Assembly (NCBI GenBank): GCA_964035545.1 | Contig: OZ037770.1 | Coordinates: forward strand, 3,380,662-3,444,661 | Direction of reading: 5' to 3' | DNA: 64,000 nt | Source: Bugula neritina | Taxonomy: Eukaryota; Animalia; Bryozoa | Notes under the pieces: generated by a model | What the model saw: the letters and a program-made list of their open reading frames with translations, nothing else | The model's database searches: none | What the model was told of the DNA's origin: nothing | Translations under genes and position numbers: made by a program | Shown: piece by piece, positions 49,266 to 62,000 of the stretch | Position numbering within the stretch: the stretch's first letter is position 1 | Layout of the letters: the number at the start of each line of letters is the position of its first letter

Positions 49266-52196
49266 ATGACTACAAGATATCATAAACAAGATTGCAGCCA
49301 GGAGTCTTCTTTACTAATCAATACTGCTGATCGGAGTATCAACATGTCAAATGAATATTCAAAAAATCAAGAATTCTCAAGATTTGGTTGGGGATGGAAA
49401 GACTTAGGACTATTAATTGTAGTTCTGTTGCTTCAGGGTGGGGCACTGTGCGTAGAGTCTTTCCTTTACCCTCTGTTCCCAGAAATAGCCTTGAAGAAAG
49501 GTTTAACACAGACTTACATTGGAATTGTATTCTCAGCCTATGAAGTTGGCAGGTTTCTCACATCAGCTGGTGTAGGCAGTCTGGTAAGTTGAAGTTTTAT
49601 TCTTTCACAACAAAAACAAAATTAATCTAACTTAGTTATAGATCTGCAAAGTTAATAATAGTCACTGTCAAAATATTTGTTGTTTGGCACTGCAGAATAC
49701 ATAGAGTGATTGATAACCATCAATAGATCTATAGTTTTGTCAATTTTGAATATGGAAATACATTCTGATAAAATAGACTATAGTACAATATAAAGAATAT
49801 TTGTGTAAATTTCAAAGTATAACTTAAAATTCTGCTTATTCTATAGCAAAAAGGAAGCTGTGCAACTCACTTTAAAGGGGTTTCCTTATAGAGCATCTCA
49901 GTTTATTTTTGATATATTTCAAACTAACAAAAATGTACACAACATAAGATTATGTTGCATATAGTTGCCATATCATGGCTTTATCGTCAAAATATTGCTA
50001 ACGTAATTTGAGACATATATGCTGTAGATTGTAGTTACTTACATTACAAAACTGTGCTCTAAATGTCAGTGATTGTTATATTGTTATGGCATTGTGCTGC
50101 AGGTGTCAGTGATTGTATGTTGTGACACTGTGACTCAGGTGTTAGTGATTGTATGATGTGACATTACATTGCAGGTAGCAAAGACCACTCCAAAAACTAT
50201 GTTAATCATAGGAGGTGCTTTGTCCAGTGTTTCTAGCTTTCTTTTAGGGTGAGTTCACAAGATACAACAAATTGCAACATTACAACACATTTGTATTTTG
50301 CTGAATAACCAGTTTCAAAACTTAAAATTTATATAATGCTGGAGTTGCAATTGTCTTTAAATTTCAGTTCTTAAGCATTTTGTACATTTTTGGTTGATTT
50401 GCTTTAGGCAATTCAATTTACATAAATGCAGTAAATTATAATTAAAAATATTGGCCATTGATTGCATGAGAAGTTATCAAACTTAATGAAGCAACAAGTG
50501 CTGCATTTTCTGTGATAATCATTAACCAACTATAAATAAAGACAGCCGATTCAGCTAGTACTATACAAACTTGACATCTGATATATTTCTCATTCAACTG
50601 TCTGCATGACTATATACCTTTCATGCATTTGTGTGACATAAATCAACATATAGACTTATTATAAGATAAAAGCTAATAATTTTTTAGAATGCTTTTTCTT
50701 CAACATTCCAATAGTCTGTACTTATAATTCTATATATAAAACACTCAACTGAAATACTTAAATAAAAACTCAAACAGGTAAACTGAGATGAATGGTATAA
50801 GCTAGCTACTTGAAATATTTCATGTTAGGTATTAGGTGAACATTTTAATTATGAAATAGTTTTTTCTGCAGAAAAAGCTCTGATTTTATTTTATTTGAGT
50901 CAGATTTTTGTCTATATGCAGGCCTATGACCTAACATAATATTTCACACAAAGACGTCATTTTTACTTGACTTTTTGATATGATACAGATTAGAGTTAAA
51001 CTTGTCATTGTCAAGCATAATCGCTAATGTATTGGATATTCATTGTCAAATCTATAGATATAGGCTGAGGTTATTACATAATTGTTATCATGTTTCGTGT
51101 TTCCTAATCTCTCTTTTAGATTGTTTTACTATGTGGATGACTGACTATTTTTCTATCTGAATGTCATAGCTAGACTGATATCTGGTTGTGGAATGTCTAT
51201 GGTTACTGTTTCTGGTTTGAGTCTCCTACTCAAAGCCACAGAATTCAAAACTGGAACAGTTCTGGTGAGACTTAGTTTTAATGTTCTAGTTTAAGTTTGT
51301 GACTAACCAACAACCTTACAAATATTTATTGGAATAAAGAATCATATCTCAAAAATTTGTCTATTAAACTGCTTTTTTGTTTCAGGGCATAGTTGAAGGA
51401 GTAATTGGCTGTGCAAATGGTTTTGGTGTAGCAGCTGGAATTTTTCTCAATGATGTAAGCATTTTTATATAGGGCATATCTTATGTTCAATTGTTCATTA
51501 TTATTAAAATATATAATTATTTTGAAGTAAATAAACAACTAAAAATGACATCTGTGCTTAAGTTTTGTTCTTTGTCAGATCGTTACCACGGAAATTTCTG
51601 TCAAAAAGGTTTGAGCCAATGATGTATGATTCCCAGCTAAAGGTAACTTGGAATATGCAACCTTTTTGCATAATTCAAGTGAATATTTTGCTTATTCACA
51701 ATTATTGTGCCACAAGATCCTAAATAGAGCTTTTGTTTTGAATACCAGAATTTTTATTTGTGAAAGTTGATCCCTTTTTGCAGATATCCCTTAAAACGAA
51801 GCAAATAATATTATATGAAAAAATTAAATTTTATAATGTCCAACATATGAATTATTTGTGCCGTGGGAGATATAATTGAAACCTGAACCAAAACCTGACT
51901 ATCAGTTAGTGAAAGTCACATACTTATAAAATAATTCATGCAAACAGTTTTTATTGTGAAAGAAAATTTTAGTAGACATGAATATTTTGTAGTTGGTTGG
52001 TTACTCTTTTACTTGCTATATATTTGGAGGCTTGACTGCAGTTTTAATGATAATTCAAATAAAAGTTCTACCCAGTATAGGTAAGTTTTAACATGTGAAA
52101 CAGAAATGCATAATTTGTTTACAATACGTTGATGTTTATGTTGTCTAATAGTATGTATATATAAGTATGTATACACGTAAAGATATAAATATTTGA

Positions 52197-52283
<87 letters not shown>

Positions 52284-52296
52284 AGGAAAAGAGCAA

Positions 52297-52335
<39 letters not shown>

Positions 52336-55300
52336 TGGTGTAAGCCGTGGTACTCTGTTCTGTGCTGATGAGGGGAAAAATCCCGAAACAAATTGAGGTA
52401 TACATGTGTGTACGTGTGTGTTTGCACGCATGTTCAAATGTCAAGTTTTGTATTCTATTTATAGAAGACGAAAAGAAACCTTTGAAAGGGTTTTTTCAAC
52501 TGATGAAAATACCAGGGCTTTTCTTGCTATTCTTTCACTGTTTTACAAACACGTTCTGTATGACATGTCGTTTAATAAACTTCCCTGCTTTCTTTATTAA
52601 AACGGTATAGTAAAATAATTATAGCATATAATGCTATAATATTATACCACACTATATACTACAATATATATATAAGATACGCTATTATAAACTCTACTAT
52701 ATTACACTAAACTACTTTATGCTATACTACACTGTACTATACTATGGTATACGACAATAATATATTATACTTTACTATTGGTATATATATGCTATGTAAT
52801 ATATACTATACTATACTGCACTGTCCTACACTATACGATACTATGCTATACTATACTCTACTATACTACCCTACACTACACTATACTACACTACACTACA
52901 CTACACTACACTACACTATACTATACTACACTATACTGTACTATGCTACACTACACTACACTACACTATAATATACTAACTACACTCCACTACACTACAC
53001 TAAACTAAACTACACTACACTACACTACACTATATACCACCTGTCTAGTTGTATCATATTATGCACAACCACCTGCAACAACTTGACAATGGCTTGAAAC
53101 ATAGCAATTTTCTATTAACAGTTTGCAGCAAGTTCCAGTGATGTTGCAAGCTTACTTGGATCCACCAACTTGATATATTTGTTTTTCTCTCCCTTGTGCG
53201 GACTTATATTGAATAAAGTGAGTATATTTGTAAGTGTTTGTTGTGAAATGCAATGACACCTACAGAAACTATGGAACAGATGCAAGTATTTTATAAGCTT
53301 TAGCAAAAATGAAAAGAAAATCAAATTTTTTTTCATATTTGCAAGAATTCAGGCTGCTATATATATGTCATTAAAATTTCCTATGACTATTCTTTCTATA
53401 ATATAATAATCACTTTATTGCTCATAAACAATACTAATACAGATTGCTGACTCCGACGAATTTGCTGACTTAGATTATTTTGTTGCAGGGGTTCACCTAC
53501 ACACTTATTATTGCTGCATGGTTTACACAATCTCTTTCACTATTACTCATTGGACCTTCTCCACTGCTGGATTTCATTTTCCATGGTAAAAAGTAAGTAG
53601 AATAATTTATAAGTCACGTAATTTGTTGCTTAGGATGTTACAGAAATATAAATGAATTTGTCAAGATTTCAAAGATGCAAAGCCAGTATAAGTCACTTAT
53701 TTATCAGAAATATCGGTTGGTTTAAAACAGGTCTTTCCTTTATTGGATGATTTTTTACATATATTTTGATAAACTCAAAAGTAGAACATTAATTTGTTTT
53801 TTTTCTTGGCAGCAAAAAAGCATTCAAACATTACCAACTTATTTTTATCAGACGTCTCTTTACTGATGAATAACTGGTAATGGTATTATGAACAAAAATA
53901 CAATACAAAAGATTCGTGCTTGCTTATATGTTATATCTCACATTAAAAAACTTATTTAAAATACTTTTTGAAAATATAAATAATATTTTTAGACAATGCT
54001 AAATTGAATTGTAACTGGCTGTATATAAGCATCTTGTAGGTCTTCAAAGTAAATCTAAATTTTCTAGTTTAAATTGAGATAACTGTTATAGTAGAATTCA
54101 TTTCAAGCATGAAATAGTTTTTATAACAAATGCAAGGACTATTAGTTGACCTAATTATCCCATGCAATTGCAAGAAATCAACTAATAGTTTAACATTGGT
54201 GTAGATCCTTAACCATATTCTTTGTGAAACTGATTACAGATACTATCTGGGAACAGTGATCACATGGTGTATCATTCAACTCTCACAAGTGTGTGTATTC
54301 CTAGCTCCTTTCAAAGCCTCTCTCAACTTAGCTGAGTATGTATATAGCCATGTTGAGCCTTTTCCTTCCAGTGCTCAAAAACCTTTGATTATATAGAAAT
54401 TGTATATTTTGTTTTATATTTTCTAACTGTTCTGAACAATTATTTAGCTACAGTTATTATAGTCAATAAGGATGTGATGTTCTTCTTTTTAATAGTTAAT
54501 ATCATAAAGTATTTATATCGTTCAGAGCTACAGGATATGAGAAAGATAGCATACACACATATGGTATGATAGCTGGAATGGTAAACTGTGCACAAGGTCT
54601 GGGATCCATTGTGGGACCAGTTGGGGGCGGAGCTTTGTATGAGGTGTTGGGATTCCCGTGGTTAATGACAGTTTTGGCTCTCATTCAGTTTGGACTTGTG
54701 AGTGTTTATAGTTGAACAGTTTTGTGTCTTGTAAATGTGTTTGAAAAGATTTCTTGAATAGATATTTATACATGTATTTCCTAAGTTTGCATTCTAAGTA
54801 GGCTACGTAGTGATTTCATTTCGGGTAGCAGTTTATATTCGATTCTTGCAGCGCTTATCGAAAACTTTTAAAACTCACATATAGGTTTATAGACATAGAC
54901 TTTATTTTTCACTGCATTTCCAAAACGTTGCTTAAATATAATTATGGCCCTGTGAATTAATTTGTGGTTGTACTTTGCATAACTTATGGTTTTGGTCTCT
55001 CCTGATGCTACTATATATTCCATTATATAGGCAAATGAAAATTATATATTTCCAAATCATGTAGTGATTTTGAGTAGCCCTAAAAGGCATCCTTTTTTTA
55101 ACAGAGCTTTGGATTAGTTTAAATTTTTCAGTGCTTTCAAAGTTAAGATAGCAAGGTTGGATCAATAAGCAAACAAATCAGCGTAATCAGGAAACATACA
55201 GACTTACTTAAAACTGTTAACATGCAAACGTAGAAGCATGCATCATATATCTGTTCAACCAGAGGGTTTTCTTCATTTTGCAGGCAGCTGTTACTATAAT

Positions 55301-55376
55301 CTACCTCATTATCATGAGACTAGCAAATAAACCGCTCACACCAGAGCAAGCGGATGAAATGCGCATCAAAAAATAA
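49266..55376 (+). pseudogene. SLC18B1-like: SLC18B1-like MFS transporter copy 2, intact 11-exon structure with one in-frame TGA (51142-51144, codon 139); exons 49266-49583, 50175-50248, 51120-51264, 51386-51454, 51993-52080, 52465-52604, 53122-53217, 53489-53592, 54240-54335, 54526-54697, 55284-55376
   Basis: All splice sites and phases match copy 1; GGA (Gly) in copies 1 and 3 is TGA here; no other lesion found. Confidence 0.8.
52336..52400 (+). mobile_element. Retrozyme-like repeat fragment with helix III and cleavage site deleted
   Basis: GGTACTCTGTTCTGTGCTGATGAGGGGAAAAATCCCGAAACA|AATTGAGG; abuts (TA)n in intron 5 of MFS copy 2. Confidence 0.8.
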
Positions 55377-56241
55377 AAATAGACGTTGATGGAGCAAAAG
55401 TCAAATCCTGCCTTCACTTTAATGGTGGTCAGCTTGTCAAATGAATCTCACTAAAATAAAGGTCTAAAAACTGCAAACATTGAAAATATATTATATTCAA
55501 GATTTATACTATAAGTTTCTTTTTATTTTCAAACTATTTTCATATTATTTTATTAATATTATTGTACTACTTTTTTCTTTTGAAACATGTGAGACATATA
55601 TAGCTTAAATTGGTGCTTGAGCAAATCTGATTCTGTTTTATGTAACAACACCTTTGCATAAATCACTAAGATTCAATTATTAAAGTGCATGATCTCAAAA
55701 TAAAAGTGCTATTTGTTGATATATATGGACTGCTTTTTTAACTTGAACTATCTTTTAAGAATTTCTGTCAACAATAATTTCTGATTGAAATCTATTATAG
55801 CTGAAACAGCTAAATAACCGCTTGTATTGGCTGTTAGTATCTTATACAAACAATGAGTATAAGCTTACAGCTTTGATTATTTATATAGATAGCTTGGCAG
55901 TTTCATTTGTTTTTTCACTTAGCAGTTTGTATGGCCTCTGTTCTAAACATTTGAGCCAGCGGAGGCAAAGAAAACCAAACAATAAAGATCAGTCACAAAT
56001 ACTATATCAGCTCTATATTAAGAATTGGACACTGATTCTAACGACAGGTCCTCTGCAATTAGAGAGCCATCATCCATAATTAATTTGAAAAATGTTTGAA
56101 GAGTATAATTACCTAATTAGTTAAATTACTGGTAAGCACTTACCATATTCTGAATCAACTTATTCTTGCACAAAACAATTATTATGAAACTAATATACTT
56201 AGGCATATCTACCCTGAAGTTGTATTTATCTAATAGCCAGA

Positions 56242-56460
<219 letters not shown>

Positions 56461-56889
56461 TAACTTAAAACTAGACAAGTCAGACATTCTTGGATGAAAC
56501 AACACTTTAAATAATTTTTATGGTGTGTAGGGCTGCTATGATAGCTGGGCAGAAATTTCTCCTGTAAAACCTTCATCTTATGAGGCATGCATTCTGTTAA
56601 ACCTCTTTCACTATGTTAGCTTGTAGAGAATAACTACCTAATTAGTTAAATTCCTGGTAAACACTGACCATATTTTTAATCATCTTATTAATATATAGCC
56701 ATCATTTCTGATGCTTTAACTGCTAAAGCAATTAGTCGCTTCACTGCCCAATAAATAAAAGCACCTTGTTTAATATCTTTAAATGTTCATCAATTCATTT
56801 GCTGTAACTACCAACTCAGGTATAGTATAGAATATAGTGACTTTCAAGAAAGAAAATAACTTTGTGAACAGAACTGTGGGTCAGTTCAA

Positions 56890-58943
56890 ATGACTGCAAG
56901 ATACCAGAAACAAGAATCGAGTCAGGAGTCGTCTCTCTTAATTGATAACTCAAAGGGGAGCATCAACAAGTCAAATGAATATTTAAAAAGTCAGGAATAC
57001 TCAAGATTTGGCTGGAGATGGAAAGACTTAGGACTATTAACTGTAGTTCTGTTACTACAGGGTGGGGCAGTGTGCGTAGAGTCTTTCCTTTATCCTCTGT
57101 TCCCAGAAGTGGCCCTGAAAAAAGGTTTAACACAGACTTACATTGGAGTTGTATTCTCAGCCTATGAAGTTGGCAGATTTCTTACATCAGCTGTTGTAGG
57201 CAGTCTGGTAAGTTGGAGTTTATATTCTTTTTGAAAAAAAAAACAAAATTAATCTAACTTTTAAATATTTACCCCCTATTCACACTTACTGTACCGTACT
57301 CCGTAACAGCAAATTTTAGCGATTTTTGTTAACATCCGGGGATAAATCTTACCCCTCATTCACACTCACCGTATCGTACGCCGTAACAGCAAAAATAAAA
57401 TGGCTACGCTGTTGCATTTTGTCAACGGGTGTTCACACATTGCCGTAAAAGTACAATGCACAACGTTGAGCTGTGACCAATCATAATAAAGCCAACTCTT
57501 GTCTGCGGTGATTTGAACGCCTTTGAATATCATTTACAAATTATTCGCAACATTCTTATCAAAAGATGTTATATAAATGCTATTTACTAAATAAAAGCAA
57601 ATACATGAAAAAAAAACGTTTTTTAAATATATTCGTTTTTGAAATAATTGTGCAAAGTAATTTAAATAATGAATATTTAAGCCGTCCAAATCATTTTTAA
57701 GTTTTTGGTTTGCTTGATTTTGTGATTAGGGAAAGCTAGATTTTTAAGCTGAGTTTAATTCAAACAAGCCGGATAAAGATTTTTTAATCTTTTAAAACTG
57801 TTAAATTGATTAAATTAAATCAAAAATAAGCGATTAAAATAAACTAGCGAAAATGTTCTTTAAATTTTAGTACCAGATCAACTCTACCCAATAGGAGCCC
57901 GCCGTGATTTTTTGAATCAAGCACTGCTTGATCAACGCCGCAACGTATACCGGAGTACGATTTAGCCCGGATGTTAACAGAAATCGCTAGAATTTGCTGT
58001 TACGGCGTACGGTACGGTAAGTGTGAATGAGGGGTTAGGGACAGATACTAAACATAAGTGTTGAAATGCTGAGTCTTAATTCGGTGCTGCGGAATTGGAA
58101 ATAACTAATAAGGCAGGTGATTTTGATTAGTAGATCAAAACTTACAAGGAAGACCAAGTACTAAATGTGTAAGTAATGTTTCTATCTCAAAACACTTTTT
58201 CTCTACTTACATTAGTAGTAAAACGCTGTGCAACTTAAATTCACAGTTTTATACGTCTTCCTTTTAAATATATTTCAAGTGGATAAAACAATTTGCACAA
58301 AGCAACTCTATAGATTATTTGTTTTATAAGGGCATTATGAACAGTGTTTGAGAATTGCTTTCAGCTGTAGTTTATCATTTGATATTATGATGCAAGTGTC
58401 ACAGTTTTTGTATGATGTGACATTTTGCTGCAGGTGTCAGTGAATGTATTACATGCAACATTGTATTGCAGGTAGCAAAGACCACTCCTAAAACTATGTT
58501 AATCCTAGGAGGTGCTTTGTCCAGTGTCTCCAGTTTTCTTATAGGGTGAGTATAAACTGTGAATTAGACTTTAATATTTTACACAATGTTGTAATTGCAA
58601 CACTTCAAAAGCTAAAAAAACAAGTAATAATGTATGAATTGCAGTATAGCTATAATTTGACTATTTATCAATATTTTGCACCTCTTCTAATTCATTTGTA
58701 ATTCCATTTTAGTTTAGCATGCTTCTATCAATCATATCATATTATATTTAAAAACACTGGTTTTTTGATTGTGCATGAAACAAGTTTGAGTCATAAAATG
58801 TTTTCATTAAACTTGAAAATAACCTTGACAAGCAATGCACCTACTGCGATAATCATTTGCCAGCTAATGCATTTATAGCTGATAAATGATTATCACATGC
58901 GTCTCATACAATTTTAACATCTGATATATATATATACATATAT

Positions 58944-59031
<88 letters not shown>

Positions 59032-62000
59032 TATATATATATCATCGCTCAATTTTCTGCCTAACTAAATTTCAAGCATGTAGCCTATGTGTGTGATATG
59101 AGTAGAGATCTGATATCATTCAACAATTAAACTCAATAAGATTTATTGGTTGATTTATTGAAAATAGATCCAATCGGCTTGTAAGAGCTCACAATTTTTC
59201 TGAATGCTATACTTGCCACATTCCAATCTGTACTAATTTCATGTATAAAATGCTAAAGCTGGTTATTTAGCTAAGCGATCAAACAAGTACTCAACTTAAC
59301 AGTATGAGCTACATGGAGTATATATCATGTTTGCCATATTGTGAAAATTCTAATTGAAAAGCTTTTGAGTTTTTATATTTACAGGCTTTAATCAGATTTT
59401 TATCTTTAAGCCTGTTAAATACTATTAAATCTCTTATACCTAACTTTTTGATGTGATATCATTAAAAAAATTGTATTTCTAAGTATAATTGTTGATATAT
59501 CGAAATACAAAGAATAAAGATATTGCATAATCGTTTTTCCTCAGGCATGTTTTGTGTTACCTAGCTTATCTCTTTTAGATTGTTTTACTATGTGGAGGAC
59601 GGACTATTTTTCTATGTAAATGTCATAGCTAGACTGATATCTGGTTGTGGAATGTCTATGGTTACAGTTTCTGGTTTGAGTCTCCTACTCAAAGCAACAG
59701 AATTCAAAACTGGAACAGTTCTGGTGGGATTTAATTGCATTGTTCCAGTTTAATTTATTGACCAATCAAAAAGTTTCAATCAATATTCAGACTAAAGAAA
59801 CATAGTAATGCTGCCAGACTCTGTAAAGCGCCTTCATGAAGTCCCCATGTGCACCTATACCCACCCTGCATCTTCTCAGTGAAAAATTTAGAGTACATTG
59901 CAAGCAAAGTGTAAAATTAAAAAAAAGCCAGAAAACAGATATAATATTTTAACAGAACAATACAAAGAATAGTTTTTGCCTTCCTATAAAAAAAATCATG
60001 CAATTTTATAGTTACCATCCCTGTGAGAATCCCCTGATGGAAAGGGTTTTTTGCTAAATCTGGCTAAGTACTTATCCAGATGAGGCACAGGAGCAATTGT
60101 GACTAGATACTTTTCCTAACATCTTTACCAGGGCTCGAACCCACAACTTCTTGTTTACTAAGCCAATTCTACCTATAGTTTTATCCTGCTATAGTAGAAC
60201 TTTATTCTTCTGATTTTCAAATTTTTATATAAGTGGATCCAATCAATTTTAAGCCAATTTTTTATGAAAAGTGTCAGACAACTCCTCATACTGAGTATTA
60301 TAAAAGTACTCAAATAAGGAAACATTGACATTGCGTATAGAATAAATTCTCTTGTTGTTTCTGGTGAGATTTAATTGTAGCATATTGCAGTTTAGATTCA
60401 CCAACTCTGTTACTTAAATTTGCTTATGCAAAGAGGCACTTCAATGCGGTGCTTTCTTAAAAAATTGTCTATCAAATTGCATTTTGATCATTTCCCTAAT
60501 TTAGTACACCCTGGAAATCTCTAGTTTTTGCTATTTCTTACAATTTAGTTGCTGATGAACATGGGCTTTTTCTTCAAAACTAGTAAAATGTCAATAAATA
60601 CACCTAAATAATTAAAGTTTTTTTTTGAATTTTGCTTAACTTACCCTGCTTGTTTCTAATTACTTAGCTACTTTTGATTGTGAACTGTTACGGTTTTTCC
60701 TAACTTTCCGCAGTCAAAATTATCTACATAAATAGGAAAAAACATGGGAAATCATGCAAAACTAAAAAGAACATTGATTATTTAGTTGTATTTATTGATA
60801 TTTTTGCTAGTTTTAAGAAACAATTCATGTTCAAATTAGCAGCTATAAACTGTAGAAAAAAAACTAAAGATTTCTAGTGTGTACTAAAGTAAATAAGATG
60901 ACCCATTTCTATTTTAGGGCATAGTTGAAGGAGTAATCGGCTGTGCATATAGCTTTGGTGTGGTAGCTGGCATCTTTCTCAAAAATGTAAGCAGTTTTGC
61001 CGGCATATAAGTTCATTTCTATTCCTTCATTAGCATAAATATGATGAATGTATTTTAATCAATTTTCTGAGAAACTCACATTTTCCTAAGTATCCCTCAA
61101 TCTGTTTATGAACTTTTGTTAATATAGTGCCTGCACCCTTCACAGCAAAGATATACCCATGTCTGATAGCATAGCCATTTCCGTCAAGGCTAATGCCAGG
61201 GTTTGAACCCATGACCTATATTCTATGACCTATAGCCCATGACCTATAGTCCATGACCTTTTGCCCATGGCCTATAGCCTATGACCCATATAGCCTATGA
61301 CCTATAGCCACCGACCTATATAAGCCTATGACCTATAGCCAACGACTTATAGCCTATGATCTATAGCCCATGGTCTATGGATTATAACCTGTAGCCTATG
61401 TGTACCAAAACAATGCCAGCAAGAATATATATTACTCTGTCAAATTTATATAAACCTGCTTGTATAATTCAAATAAAAACTTTAATAATGCATTGCAATA
61501 AAATTGTCCTCAAAGAGTCCTATATATATACATAAGTAGATTAGGCAACTCAATGTTAAAGCAGGTAGTTATTTAGTTAGTTTAGCATCACATATTACTC
61601 GCAAGGACTAAAATTGTTACAGTAAGAAATGATGAGAGTTAGTTCATCATGTATAATTTCTCTCTATATATCAATGCCGATAAGCATATGTGAGAATACT
61701 TTACATAATATTTATAACATTTAATTTACTATCTTTTATTAGATTTAATTTAATTAAGCAGGAAATGCTTGCCTATTTACCAGTTGTTGCTCAATGTGAA
61801 GGTTATCGTGAGTCCTGCAGACAGATTTTTATTGCATAAGGTAAAGTTTTGTTGACAAAAATGTACACTAATGTTTTGCAGCTGGTTGGATATTCTCTTA
61901 CCTGCTATATATTTGGAGGGTTTATGGGACTTCTTATGATTATACAAATAGCAGTTGTACCGAATATAGGTGAGTCTATACTTCATATGTACGTATCAAA

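Noticed and set aside
51142-51144. UGA as a selenocysteine codon
   Set aside because: Aligns to Gly rather than Cys in the paralogues, and I could not identify a SECIS-like structure after the stop at 55376.
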